Of a stretch of 64,000 nt of DNA, positions 36,627 through 47,000 are shown piece after piece (the stretch's first letter is position 1; every line of letters begins with the position of its first letter). Source of the stretch: Thermodesulfobacteriota bacterium (lineage in GTDB: Bacteria > Desulfobacterota > Desulfobacteria > Desulfobacterales > SURF-7); contig JBMORA010000001.1 in assembly GCA_049320885.1 (NCBI GenBank), positions 306,622 through 370,621 of the forward strand, read 5' to 3'. A program made the position numbers and the translations under genes. The notes beneath the pieces are model-generated. The model did no database searches and was not told the origin of the DNA. It was given only the letters and a program-made list of their open reading frames with translations.

Positions 36627-37925
36627 CTACCGATTGCCGGATGCTTTTCGTTCTTCCACAGGAATGTAATCCCGGATCAGGTTGCCCGTGTAAATCTGCC
36701 TAGGTCGGCTGATGCGCCAATGGGGATCGTCGATGCTTTCTTTCCATTGGGAAATCCATCCCGGAAGCCTGCCGATGGCAAACATGACCGTAAACATGCT
36801 GGTAGGAATGCCCATGGCCCGCAGGACGATGCCGCTGTAAAAATCCACATTGGGATACAGATGGTGATCGATAAAATATTCATCCATGAGAGCGACCTCT
36901 TCCAGCTTCCGGGCAATATCCAGCAGCGGATCCTTCAGCTTCAATTTTGACAGGACCAGGTCGCAGATTTTTTTCATGATCTTCGCCCGTGGATCATAGG
37001 TTTTATAGACCCGATGGCCGAAACCCATTAACCGGAAGGGGTCTTTCTTGTCCTTGGCCCGCTCCACCGCACGATTGACATCACCGCCGTTGTTGGCGAT
37101 TTCGGTCAGCATCTCGATGACTGCCTGATTGGCGCCGCCATGCAACGGTCCCCATAAGGCGGCAATCCCGGCGGAAATTGCAGCGTAGATATTGACTTTT
37201 CCGCTCCCCACCACCCGCACAGCGGCCGTCGAGCAATTCTGTTCGTGATCGGCATGCAGAATCCAGAAAATATTCAGGGCCCGCACCAAATCCTCATCAA
37301 TCTCGTATGGTTTTACCGGGCTGTCAAACATCATGTTGAGAAAGTTGGCGCAATACGTCAGATCCTGCCGTGGATAAACCACCCTGTGACCGCGGGAAAT
37401 CTTATACGACATGGCCGCCATTGTCCGAACCTTGGAGAGCAACCGCAAGAAGGTCGCGTTGATAGTCTCCTCCGTCGCCATTAATTCCGGATAGAAACTG
37501 CGCAGAGCCGTCACCATGGAAGATAATATCCCCATGGGATGAGATGCCCGCGGAAAGGATTTGAAAAAATCCTGCATATCCTCATGTACCAGGGAGAAGT
37601 CATTCAGCTGCACGCGGTTGTGATTCAATTCCCTGCGGGTCGGCAGTTCTCCGTTCATCAACAGAAAGGAAGTTTCCACAAAAGTGGATTGCTCGGCCAA
37701 TTGTTCAATGGGGTATCCCCGGTATCGCAGAACCCCTTTTTCCCCATCCATGAAGGTGATGGAACTCCGGCAGCTGCCGGTGCTGCCGAAACCGGGGTCA
37801 TATGTGATATATCCGGTCTCCTGGCGAAGTTTGCGGATGTCGATCGCCTTTTCCCCTTCACTGCCGATAATCACCGGTAATTCGTAAGTTTTGCCGTCTA
37901 CAATAAGTTTTGCGGTTTCTTGCAT
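36627..37925 (-). CDS. gltA: Citrate synthase
   Basis: LHADHEQNCST, GPLHGGAN, MGFGHRVYK, YPNVDFYSG. Confidence 0.96.
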   Translation of the reverse strand: MQETAKLIVDGKTYELPVIIGSEGEKAIDIRKLRQETGYITYDPGFGSTGSCRSSITFMDGEKGVLRYRGYPIEQLAEQSTFVETSFLLMNGELPTRRELNHNRVQLNDFSLVHEDMQDFFKSFPRASHPMGILSSMVTALRSFYPELMATEETINATFLRLLSKVRTMAAMSYKISRGHRVVYPRQDLTYCANFLNMMFDSPVKPYEIDEDLVRALNIFWILHADHEQNCSTAAVRVVGSGKVNIYAAISAGIAALWGPLHGGANQAVIEMLTEIANNGGDVNRAVERAKDKKDPFRLMGFGHRVYKTYDPRAKIMKKICDLVLSKLKLKDPLLDIARKLEEVALMDEYFIDHHLYPNVDFYSGIVLRAMGIPTSMFTVMFAIGRLPGWISQWKESIDDPHWRISRPRQIYTGNLIRDYIPVEERKASGNR

Positions 37926-38335
37926 GGGTTTTCCTTAATAATAATACCATCGATTTTCCTCGACACGCCGTTGCCGACGTCTCCAAGACGATTGACCAAA
38001 GGCGGGATTTGCATTCAATACGGATATGCCGCTACACCCCATCCTGAGTTCGGTGGCATACCGGCTCGTGCTGCCTTGCATGCTCATAAACGGATGAACG
38101 CAATCTGGATTTTATTACATGAATCCACCATACCGGTCAAGTATCCAGATAGCGGGATCCCATTTGTTGTATCTATCGAATATACTGTTCCCATAGATAG
38201 AATCATTTTGACTTTTCATGATAAAAAGCTGCAAATATACATACCATGCATCGGAACTGGTATGTCCCTTCGGACAAGCAGCCCCCCAAAAGCGTCATCA
38301 ATAATCAGAACAACATAAGAAATGGGAAAAATCGC

Positions 38336-39409
38336 TTGGAACAGAGACAAAATAAACAAACAACCGCCGATGGGAAACCGCGACTGACGACAACGGTCAC
38401 CGGCGCCGGTTGAGCTTCCAAATTGGCGCCAGGGGACCTGGACCGGGCACTGTGCGGGATCGAATTCCCCACGGATTCCAACGTGATCGTCGGATTGCGT
38501 CGAGCGGACGATGCGGGTGTCTACAAAATCAATGACAGCCTGGCCATTGTCCAAACCATCGACTTTTTTACGCCGATTGTCGATGACCCCTATTGGTTCG
38601 GCCAGATCGCTGCGGCCAATGCCTTGAGTGATGTGTACGCCATGGGTGGGGTTCCGAAAACGGCGCTGAACATGGTCTGCTTTCCGGTCAAAAAAATGGA
38701 TCTGGGAATACTGCGCGAAGTGATTCAAGGCGGCGCGGACAAGCTCAAGGAAGCGGATGTGGTCTTGATCGGCGGTCACAGCATCGAGGACCAGGAACTC
38801 AAATACGGCCTGTCCATCACCGGCTTTATTCACCCGGATAGAATTCTGACCAAAACCGATTTACAATCCGGTGACCGCTTGATTCTGACCAAGCCTCTCG
38901 GCACCGGTATCATTAACACGGCCATCAAGGCCGGACTGGCTCCGGCAGACCTGATCGAGAGGATCACCCGGCAGATGGCGGCCCTGAATAAAATCCCAGC
39001 AGAGGTAATGGCTGCTTTTCCGGTGCATGCCTGCACAGACGTTACTGGTTTCGGTCTTTTGGGACATCTGGCCGAAATGGTTGCCGGATCGGGCCTGGGT
39101 GTCCGCCTGTGGGCCAAATCAATACCCGTAATCCCGGAAACCCCCGCCTTCGCCGCCATGGGGCTGATTCCTGCCGGGGCCTACAAAAACAAGGAATTCA
39201 GGCAAAACATGGTGGGGTTCGCGCCGAATATTGCGGAACTCACCAAAGATATCCTTTTCGATCCACAGACGTCCGGAGGGTTGCTGATCTGCGTTGCCTC
39301 CCGGGAAGCCGAAAGCCTGTTGCACAAACTGAGGAAATGCGGCATCGACCAGGCCGCCATCATCGGAATGGTCATGGACGATCAGACATCGTCCATATCA
39401 ATTGAATAG
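38336..39409 (+). CDS. selD: Selenide, water dikinase with selenocysteine (TGA at 38411-38413)
   Basis: Upstream in-frame extension RLTTTVTGAG-U-ASKLAPGDL, then DDAGVY, DFFTPIVDDP, TDVTGFGLLGH, DPQTSGGLL; the TTG start at 38336 is tentative. Confidence 0.92.
38429..38441 (+). promoter_or_regulatory. SECIS element of selD
   Basis: CCAGG-GGA-CCTGG hairpin starting 15 nt after the Sec TGA. Confidence 0.75.
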
Positions 39410-39426
39410 AAACCAAGGAGCACCCT

Positions 39427-40023
39427 ATGAAAAAAATCGACGCCCGGGGGCTCAGTTGCCCGGCACCGGTTCTGCTCGCCAAGGAATTGATTGAAAAAGA
39501 AAATCCTGCTAGTCTGACCATCCTGGTCGACAACGCGGCCGCCCGACAGAATATTTGCCGGTTTCTGGAATCCCATCGATTTGAGGTGTCCGTTGAACCA
39601 CAAGGCAACGAATTCCAGGTAACCGGCAGGCGGATGGAGGCTGGTTCATCTGAAATTCCACGGACTGAAAATCCAGAACCGGCATGCTGCAAAATCATGG
39701 TGCTGGCAGCCACCGACCGGATGGGGTTCGGTGATGATGAACTTGGTGTCAGGCTGATGATCAACTTCATCAAAACATTGAAGGAAATGGGGCCGGAACT
39801 GTGGCGGCTTGTCTTTGTCAACAATGGCGTCAAGCTCACCACCGCCACCTCACCGGTACTGGACATCCTGCGGGATTATGAGAAAAACGGACTTCAAATT
39901 CTGGTGTGCGGCACCTGCCTGGACCATTTCAACCTGCTGGAACAAAAACAGGCAGGTCAGACAACCAACATGCTGGATATTGTATCGTCCATGCAACTGG
40001 CGGATAAGGTGATTACGCTCTAA
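39427..40023 (+). CDS. yedF: Sulfurtransferase-like selenium metabolism protein YedF (TusA plus DsrE-like domains)
   Basis: IDARGLSCPAPV, MGFGDDELG, CGTCLDHF; adjacent to selD. Confidence 0.88.
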   Translation: MKKIDARGLSCPAPVLLAKELIEKENPASLTILVDNAAARQNICRFLESHRFEVSVEPQGNEFQVTGRRMEAGSSEIPRTENPEPACCKIMVLAATDRMGFGDDELGVRLMINFIKTLKEMGPELWRLVFVNNGVKLTTATSPVLDILRDYEKNGLQILVCGTCLDHFNLLEQKQAGQTTNMLDIVSSMQLADKVITL

Positions 40024-40056
40024 CAGACCCCAGATGTTTGCCGGAGAACACCCGGA

Positions 40057-40596
40057 ATGGCGGAACTGGTCAATTTAAAAGCCTATCGGATTGCACAAAT
40101 CGAGAAAAAGGGGTTCGGCCCCTGGAGAAAACGGTTCAACGAACCGTTTCAAAAGGAAACCTGCCTGGCGGATTTATCCGATTTGACGCTGTACCGCCTC
40201 GCCGAGCCGGGTGAGAACGCCGCCCTGCCATATTATGAAATCATCATGGGGACACTGGACTGGGGTAATCCGGTAAAATTCTATTATCTGGATGACGCCG
40301 AACGGATGAGGGTCATCGACATTCACTTGTTCCTGGCGGATCAGGTCCGTTTCGAAATGATGAAACGGCTCGGGTGGATTGAAAAATTCGCCAATGAACA
40401 CTACGCCCTGATCAGTTATATCCTTTCATTTGATCACCTGCGGATGTTCTGCCAGAATCATCCCCCGCACCTGGCACCGACCCATCCCCGCTTTGCCGAA
40501 TACAACGCCATGGTGAATGCGGATAAGCAGGTGTTCATCCGCCGCCTGCTCCCCCAGGCGCTTGAAGTCTTCCAAACACGGATCGCCCCCGAATAA
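40057..40596 (+). CDS. Conserved hypothetical protein
   Basis: 179-aa ORF with RBS GGAG, operonic with selD-yedF. Confidence 0.7.
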   Translation: MAELVNLKAYRIAQIEKKGFGPWRKRFNEPFQKETCLADLSDLTLYRLAEPGENAALPYYEIIMGTLDWGNPVKFYYLDDAERMRVIDIHLFLADQVRFEMMKRLGWIEKFANEHYALISYILSFDHLRMFCQNHPPHLAPTHPRFAEYNAMVNADKQVFIRRLLPQALEVFQTRIAPE

Positions 40597-40705
40597 AAAA
40601 AAAGCATGACATGGGCAGCCAGGCGGTATCTTGCGTAATGAATTTGGATGGAACCGGGCTTTAGGAAAACCGCTGAAAGCCGGGGCATCAGCCATACACG
40701 CCAAT

Positions 40706-41050
40706 TCATATGCCGCAAAGCACCGCGACGCGATTCACATACTGTAAAATCGTTTCCCGTATTTGTTCAGGCGGATCAACAAACTGGACGCCGATACCGT
40801 TGTCCTTTTTCCCCCCGTGCGTATTGGCCCAAATGACTTTCGCATTTACTTCTATCGGATTATCGAGTCCCGTGACCGAGAAGGATAGTCTGGTGGAAGC
40901 CCCTATCGGAAGCGGGGTTCGCGTGTAGATAAACATTCCATCGACGGATATATCCCTGCTGAAAGAAATCAGATAATCTCCCTCGTGGATGTAGCTGATC
41001 TCGAAACTTGCATCCACGCGGCGCTTGACTCTCCGTTCCGGTGCGGCCAT
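40706..41050 (-). CDS. Stand-alone PilZ-domain protein
   Basis: ERRVKRR (RxxxR), DISVDG (DxSxxG), GIGVQF. Confidence 0.85.
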   Translation of the reverse strand: MAAPERRVKRRVDASFEISYIHEGDYLISFSRDISVDGMFIYTRTPLPIGASTRLSFSVTGLDNPIEVNAKVIWANTHGGKKDNGIGVQFVDPPEQIRETILQYVNRVAVLCGI

Positions 41051-41101
41051 GGGTTTGCTCCTTGTTCTTTGGGGGATGACCTCTTTTATTTTCAGCGGCT
41101 G

Positions 41102-41130
41102 AGTATATGCAAAGGGTTTTTCCCTGTCAA
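41102..41130 (-). promoter_or_regulatory. Sigma70-type promoter of the PilZ gene
   Basis: TTGACA-17 nt-TATACT on the - strand. Confidence 0.75.
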
Positions 41131-41405
41131 CTCCGCCGTTGACGATCATGCAAAACGGGTCGGGTTTCTTGCCTCGCTTCAATTCCGGCATGCATTCCGC
41201 ATCAACCGTCCGGATCATTTTTTCCTTGTTTATTATGTTCTTTTATGTTATCAATGTTCATAAGCAGAAACATCCTTTTTTCTTGTGTTGATCGCTGGAC
41301 TGAAAGCTCGTATTTCCCACATAGCCCGCTGACCGTCTGAATCCATCTCGCACTCAAATGATTCTGTTTCAATTTATCGTCCGATACGTATCAAAAGGTG
41401 TCGCC

Positions 41406-41606
41406 ATGAAAAAATGCCAACAAGCGGAAAGACGGTCAGGTGAAGATCGCAGGAAGTGCATTCTGAATCTGGAAGGAACCTATTTTTTGGAACGTCGACG
41501 GGAAGGATATAGCCGAAGGGAGACGGACCGAAAGGATGGCCATTCGGCGATGGAGCCCGTTCCTGTCTTGGAAGACCCATCCGGATGCATCATCTGGATC
41601 AAATAA
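41406..41606 (+). CDS. Arg-rich miniprotein (66 aa)
   Basis: ERRSGEDRRKCILNLEGTYFLERRREGYSRR; paralog at 49320; RBS AAAGGTG. Confidence 0.7.
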   Translation: MKKCQQAERRSGEDRRKCILNLEGTYFLERRREGYSRRETDRKDGHSAMEPVPVLEDPSGCIIWIK

Positions 41607-41783
41607 TGCGTATGTGAGCAGCATGAAACCGCGCCATAAAACATTCCTTACACCGCTGAACGTCGTATTTTATTAATTAAATCTGCCATATAAAAACTTG
41701 CTCTTGACAGCCCTGGCCAGCCTGGGATATGGGGAAGCATTATTCGGCCGATCGGCCGAATTCAGGATCGAAAATGCAACCCA

Positions 41784-42380
41784 GTGCCCCGAAAAGAAAA
41801 GAAAAAAAAAAAGCTCGCCATCATTCAGGCAGCCAGCCTTTTGTTTGTCAAACAGGGAATCGAGCAGACCAGCCTGGCTGGAATTGCCCGCGCCGTGGGA
41901 ATCAGCAAAGGGACGCTGTACTATTACTATTCGTCCAAAAACGATCTAATTTTCGACATTACCGCGCATCACATGAACCAGATCACAACCGATCTGTTTT
42001 CGTTGATCGAACAGGAAGGAGCCGGTGCAACCTCTCTTGAAACCGTATTGACCGCTCTGGTGGATACGATTTTGAACGCCAAAACCAGAAGCCGGTTGCA
42101 TTTGTACCTGATTCAGGAGGCCATGTCCGGCAATGAGGCGATTCGGCAGCGGTTTGAAAAAACATACCGGGAATGGTTTCTATCCACAACCGAGGGATTC
42201 CGGAAAATCATGGCGGGCGGCGATGATCTCGAAACAGTGGCACCGATCCTGGTTGCTGTATTGGACGGTTTCGTGATTCAGTCCATGCTGGGAGTGCAAC
42301 GCATTCCCGTCAACCGGATCGTCCATTATTTAATCAAAATGGTTGCCATCAAAACGATATCCGACAACTCAATAATATAG
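41784..42380 (+). CDS. TetR/AcrR-family regulator
   Basis: TSLAGIARAVGISKGTLYYYYSSKNDL helix-turn-helix. Confidence 0.92.
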   Translation: MPRKEKKKKKLAIIQAASLLFVKQGIEQTSLAGIARAVGISKGTLYYYYSSKNDLIFDITAHHMNQITTDLFSLIEQEGAGATSLETVLTALVDTILNAKTRSRLHLYLIQEAMSGNEAIRQRFEKTYREWFLSTTEGFRKIMAGGDDLETVAPILVAVLDGFVIQSMLGVQRIPVNRIVHYLIKMVAIKTISDNSII

Positions 42381-42394
42381 AAAGGAAGTTATCG

Positions 42395-42919
42395 ATGGGC
42401 AAGCAGTATCGACCAATCAAATCCGGGATAAAATGGTTCAAAACCCTGGTTGCGAAAATTGTGTTCATGGTGTTAGGCCGGGCTTTCCAATCCGCCACCC
42501 GCCATGATCCGGACGTCAAACGCGAGATTTCCGTCTGGCCGGAAGGATTTGTTCTTGTCATGAGGGTGCTGCCCAACGGTCCGCGGATGGTTTTGGAGAA
42601 GGTGAAGGGCATCTTGAAATATCGGGGTGCCAAATATGAAAATGGAGATTTGATCGTCAGCTTTAAGAACATTGAATGCGCTTTCCTGGTGCTGACACCT
42701 CAGGTGGGAGCGGCCCAGGCTTTTGCGGAACGTCGGATGATCATCACCGGAGATCTCGGAAACGCCATGATCTTTACCCGTTGCCTGACCATTCTGCTGG
42801 CCCATTTGTATCCTCAATTCATTTGCCGCCGCCTGGTCAAACGCGTGCCGCCCATGCCATTGAAAAAACAGCTCATTAAAATTGTGATAAACGTTGTCGG
42901 TATCCCATTCGGTCTATGA
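42395..42919 (+). CDS. SCP2 (sterol-carrier)-like domain protein
   Basis: AFAERRMIITGDLGNAM resembles the SCP2 C-terminal motif. Confidence 0.55.
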   Translation: MGKQYRPIKSGIKWFKTLVAKIVFMVLGRAFQSATRHDPDVKREISVWPEGFVLVMRVLPNGPRMVLEKVKGILKYRGAKYENGDLIVSFKNIECAFLVLTPQVGAAQAFAERRMIITGDLGNAMIFTRCLTILLAHLYPQFICRRLVKRVPPMPLKKQLIKIVINVVGIPFGL

Positions 42920-43040
42920 TGGATGGATTCATCCATGGTCGGCCATTGCCGTGAAAAGCACGGGACCCCGGGCCTTTCCGGTCGCGACGGAAATTACAGA
43001 AGGGGCATCGTGAAACCCAAGACTACAGGAGGACCAATCC

Positions 43041-44225
43041 ATGCTGCCAAGTTATTATGAATTTTTCAACCCGGTGAAAATCCTTTCAGGGCACAAAGCC
43101 CTTGACAATCTTCCCTATGAACTGGATCAACTGGGAGCCAAACGGCCGATCATTGTTACGGATGCCGGCGTAGTCAAGGCGGGCCTGATCAAATATGTCA
43201 AAAGTGCCTTCGACAGTTCCGGCATGACCATCGGCGCCATTTTCGATGGAGTGCCACCGGACTCTTCCAGCGAAGTGGTGAATCAGATCGTCGGCATCTA
43301 CCGGGAAAACGCCTGTGACGCCATTGTGGCGGTGGGTGGCGGATCCCCGATTGATACCGCGAAAGGCGTCAATATTGTTCTGTCCGAGAATTCGGACGAT
43401 CTGATGAAATTTGAAGGCGCCGACCGCCTGAAAGCCCCCATGAAACCGTTTATCGTAGTGCCGACAACCGCCGGCACCGGTTCCGAGGTGACTTTGGCGG
43501 CGGTGATCAAAAACACAGCCAAAAATGTAAAAATGGCTTTCGCCTCTCATCTCCTGTTTCCGAAGGTCGCCATTCTCGATCCGCGTATGACCGAAACCAT
43601 GCCCCCGCATATCACGGCCATGACGGGGATGGACGCCTTGGCCCACTCCATGGAGGCCTATACCTGTCTCCAGAAAAATCCGTTGAGCGATGCCCACGCC
43701 ATGGGCGCTGTCCGGTTGATCGCCAGATATCTGCCAAAGGCGGTTGAGAATGGAAAAGATATGGAGGCACGCATGGGCATGGCCAACGCCGCCACCATGG
43801 CAGGCGCGGCGTTCTCCAATTCCATGGTCGGAATGGTGCATTCCCTGGGCCACGCCACAGGCGCCATCTGCCATATCCCCCACGGCCTAGCCATGTCGAT
43901 CTTCCTGCCCTTTGGGTTGGAATATAACCTGGGAAAAGTCGAATCCATGGTGGCTGAACTGCTGCTCCCTTTAGGGGGAGAAGAAGAATTCGTCAAAGTC
44001 GCGGCACCCCAGCGGGCCGCTCGAACCATCGTTCTGGTCCGCAAGCTTCAACAGACGTTGTTCGATTTATGCGGTTTGCCGCGGACGCTGAAAGAAGCAG
44101 GCGTACCGAAAAACAAACTGGAGGATATCGCCAAAACAGCGGTAAATGACGGTTCCCTGACTTTCAACCCGGAAGAACTCGACGTCAACGATGCGCTGAA
44201 CGTATTAAACGAGGCATATAGCTAA
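43041..44225 (+). CDS. Iron-containing alcohol dehydrogenase
   Basis: GGGSPID, PTTAGTGSE, DALAHSME, VHSLGH, PHG. Confidence 0.93.
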   Translation: MLPSYYEFFNPVKILSGHKALDNLPYELDQLGAKRPIIVTDAGVVKAGLIKYVKSAFDSSGMTIGAIFDGVPPDSSSEVVNQIVGIYRENACDAIVAVGGGSPIDTAKGVNIVLSENSDDLMKFEGADRLKAPMKPFIVVPTTAGTGSEVTLAAVIKNTAKNVKMAFASHLLFPKVAILDPRMTETMPPHITAMTGMDALAHSMEAYTCLQKNPLSDAHAMGAVRLIARYLPKAVENGKDMEARMGMANAATMAGAAFSNSMVGMVHSLGHATGAICHIPHGLAMSIFLPFGLEYNLGKVESMVAELLLPLGGEEEFVKVAAPQRAARTIVLVRKLQQTLFDLCGLPRTLKEAGVPKNKLEDIAKTAVNDGSLTFNPEELDVNDALNVLNEAYS

Positions 44226-44235
44226 AGGAGTGCAT

Positions 44236-46212
44236 ATGGGACAGGCATATATGGGCAAAGTGCTGCTTGTGGACCTGAGCAGTGGAGAAATCCGGGAAGA
44301 AGTCATCCCGGATAAAGTCTATGAAGAATATTTATCGGGTCTTGGTCTTGGCGCCTACATGCTCTATCGGCATATACCCGCAAACGCGGACCCGCTCGGA
44401 CCCGATAATATGCTTGGATTTGTAACAGGCATCTTGACCGGCACCGGGAGTCTCTTTACCGGGAGGTGGATGGTGGTGGGAAAGTCGCCCCTCACCGGCG
44501 GCTGGGGGGACGCCAATTGCGGCGGAACATTTTCACCGGCCATCAAAAGATGCGGCTATGACGGTATCTTTTTTACCGGCATGAGTGAAAAGCCAGTGTA
44601 TCTTTCCGTTTCAAAAGGCAAGGCCGAATTGCGGGATGCCTCCCATTTATGGGGAAAGGATGCATTGGAAACGGAAGACCTGCTGATGGAACAAGTCGGA
44701 AGCGGGAAAAAGCCAAGGGTGGTATGTATCGGACCGGCCGGCGAAAAAATGTCTTTGATCGCCGGTGTTTGCAATGACAGAGGCCGGATGGCGGCCCGAT
44801 CCGGTCTAGGCGCTGTCATGGGCGCCAAACGCCTGAAAGCCGTCGTTCTTTCCGGCACAAAGACGATATCGCCCCATCATCGAGACGAAATGAAACGGCT
44901 GAGCAAAAAATGCAACAAATGGGTTCAATTCCAGCCCCCGTTCATCACCGGCCCCATGACCTCTTATCTGGGCGCATTGCTGCGGATTCTGCCCACCCAG
45001 ATGGTCCAGGACGGTTTGCTGTACAAAATCATGCTCCGGAAATGGGGTACGGTCAGTATGAACCAGGCCAGCATCGAAATGGGAGATGCACCGGTGAAAA
45101 ACTGGTCCGGCAGCAACAAGGATTTCGGCCCCAAAAAATCCCTGCCGGTCAATCCGGATGTATTTACCGGTTGTGAGATCGTGAAATATCATTGTTATTC
45201 GTGTCCTCTTGGCTGCGGTGGAATCTGCTCCATCCACGACAAGACCGGCGGTGCTTTCAATGAAAGTCACAAACCCGAATATGAAACGGTTCTGGCATTG
45301 GGCGGCCTGTGCATGAATGAAAACCCGGACAGTATTTTTTACATGAACGAATTGCTCAACCGGGCCGGAATGGATTCCATCTCCGCCGGCGGAACCATGG
45401 CGTTTGCGGTGGAGTGCTACCAGAAAGCCATCTTGACAAAGGAGGATACAGGCGGCCTCGAATTGAATTGGGGCAATACGGAAGCGCTCATCGCCCTGCT
45501 GAAAAAAATGATCGCCCGGGAAGGCATCGGTGATTTACTGGCGGACGGCACCAAGAAAGCGGCGGAAAAGCTCGGACTCAACGCCAAAAAACTTGCGATT
45601 CATGCCGGCGGTCAGGAACTGGGAATGCATGACGGCCGCAATGATCCGGGATTCAACCTGCACTACTCGGTGGAGCCCACACCGGGCCGTCATACCACCG
45701 GATCATGGCTGTACTATGAGATGTTCCAATTATGGAAAAAGGTGAAAACCGTTCCCAAATTCGGCCTGCTGGGGATGATCTATCATAAAAACAAAAAATA
45801 TGTCGCCGATGGGAAAAAAGCGGCCATGGGCGCCGCCTGCAGCAAATACATGAGTGTGCTGAACGGCGCCGGCGCCTGTATGTTCGCGGCCTTCATGGGA
45901 GCGACCAGATTCCCCGTATTTGAATGGTTGAACGCCGCCACTGGCTGGAACAAAACCCCGGAAGAGTATATGGAAATCGGACGCCGGATTCAAACGTTGC
46001 GCCAAGCCTTCAACGTCAAACATGGGATTAATCCTGTGGATGCAAAAGTCAACCCCAGAGCCCACGGCGCGCCGGCACTGAAAGAAGGGGCCAACAAAGG
46101 CCGTTCCATGGACATGGAAAAACTGATCAGGGATTATTGGGAAGAATTTGGTTGGGACAACCAGACCGGAAAACCGTCCGAAGCCGCCTTGCGGAGTCTG
46201 GGGATTCAATAA
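44236..46212 (+). CDS. aor: Aldehyde:ferredoxin oxidoreductase (tungsten AOR family)
   Basis: KSPLTGGWGDANCGG, IGPAGE, GLGAVMGAKRLKA, CYSCPLGC, PEYET, GMDSIS. Confidence 0.92.
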   Translation: MGQAYMGKVLLVDLSSGEIREEVIPDKVYEEYLSGLGLGAYMLYRHIPANADPLGPDNMLGFVTGILTGTGSLFTGRWMVVGKSPLTGGWGDANCGGTFSPAIKRCGYDGIFFTGMSEKPVYLSVSKGKAELRDASHLWGKDALETEDLLMEQVGSGKKPRVVCIGPAGEKMSLIAGVCNDRGRMAARSGLGAVMGAKRLKAVVLSGTKTISPHHRDEMKRLSKKCNKWVQFQPPFITGPMTSYLGALLRILPTQMVQDGLLYKIMLRKWGTVSMNQASIEMGDAPVKNWSGSNKDFGPKKSLPVNPDVFTGCEIVKYHCYSCPLGCGGICSIHDKTGGAFNESHKPEYETVLALGGLCMNENPDSIFYMNELLNRAGMDSISAGGTMAFAVECYQKAILTKEDTGGLELNWGNTEALIALLKKMIAREGIGDLLADGTKKAAEKLGLNAKKLAIHAGGQELGMHDGRNDPGFNLHYSVEPTPGRHTTGSWLYYEMFQLWKKVKTVPKFGLLGMIYHKNKKYVADGKKAAMGAACSKYMSVLNGAGACMFAAFMGATRFPVFEWLNAATGWNKTPEEYMEIGRRIQTLRQAFNVKHGINPVDAKVNPRAHGAPALKEGANKGRSMDMEKLIRDYWEEFGWDNQTGKPSEAALRSLGIQ

Positions 46213-46288
46213 AACGGAATCCTTCCATGCTGGAACCGGGTTTTCTGCCAAAAAGCAATCGGATATCCGGTAAACGGAGAAAGGTGTC

Positions 46289-46522
46289 ATGACAAAACAA
46301 TCAAAAAAAGAGATCCCCAGCATTCATATAAAAAAATGCAACTCATGCGTTGTCTGTATTGATTCATGTCCGGTGGACTGCCTTTTCCTGTCCCTGGCGA
46401 GCGACGGCATTCCAGGACATAAATATCCGCATTTATTGAATGAAAATATGTGCATCGGCTGCGGAACTTGCGCCATGGATTGTCCCGTGGATGCCATCAC
46501 CATGGTGGCCCGCGCCGCCTGA
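46289..46522 (+). CDS. 2x[4Fe-4S] ferredoxin
   Basis: CNSCVVCIDSCP and CIGCGTCAMDCP. Confidence 0.9.
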   Translation: MTKQSKKEIPSIHIKKCNSCVVCIDSCPVDCLFLSLASDGIPGHKYPHLLNENMCIGCGTCAMDCPVDAITMVARAA

Positions 46523-46535
46523 TGCCGGATACATC

Positions 46536-46781
46536 ATGGAGGTAAGGATAAAGCTGTTTGCAGGCCTGGAGGTGGATGCCGGAATGCGGGGGTATGACCC
46601 CCTTCACGGAATTGTGCTGGATGTGCCGGCGGGCGCTCGGTTAAAAGTGGTGACGAAGCGTCTGGGGCTTCCGGATGGTGGCCGGCTGATGTATTTCATC
46701 AACGGCGTCCGTGTCGGCCTGTGGCATCGCCTGAAGGATGGGGATGAAATCGCCTGCCTCCGGCCCTTGGCCGGAGGATGA
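46536..46781 (+). CDS. MoaD/ThiS-family sulfur carrier
   Basis: MEVRIKLFA...LKDGDEIACLRPLAGG with C-terminal GG. Confidence 0.85.
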   Translation: MEVRIKLFAGLEVDAGMRGYDPLHGIVLDVPAGARLKVVTKRLGLPDGGRLMYFINGVRVGLWHRLKDGDEIACLRPLAGG

Positions 46782-47000
46782 GTCCTTCGGGGCCCGTGAA
46801 GAATAACCAGCGGCAACGATTAAAACATGAAAATCACTGCAGCCGCCCCTGCGATGCTGTTTTCCCTTGCATTCTAAAAGGGTTGCTATTATTATTCCCG
46901 GGGTATGGGAATCGAAGGCGATGGCCTTTCAGTTCCCCCGTCAATGCCTGAATAGCAAATCGGAAGCGTTATCATGGAGCAGCAGAGAAGGGAAGAATAA

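Noticed and set aside
38423..39409. selD starting at TTG 38423
   Set aside because: This would omit the catalytic U-x-x-K motif, which is in frame just upstream.
41051..41218. N-terminal extension of the PilZ ORF, or a c-di-GMP riboswitch
   Set aside because: The region contains a consensus promoter, and I see no riboswitch consensus.
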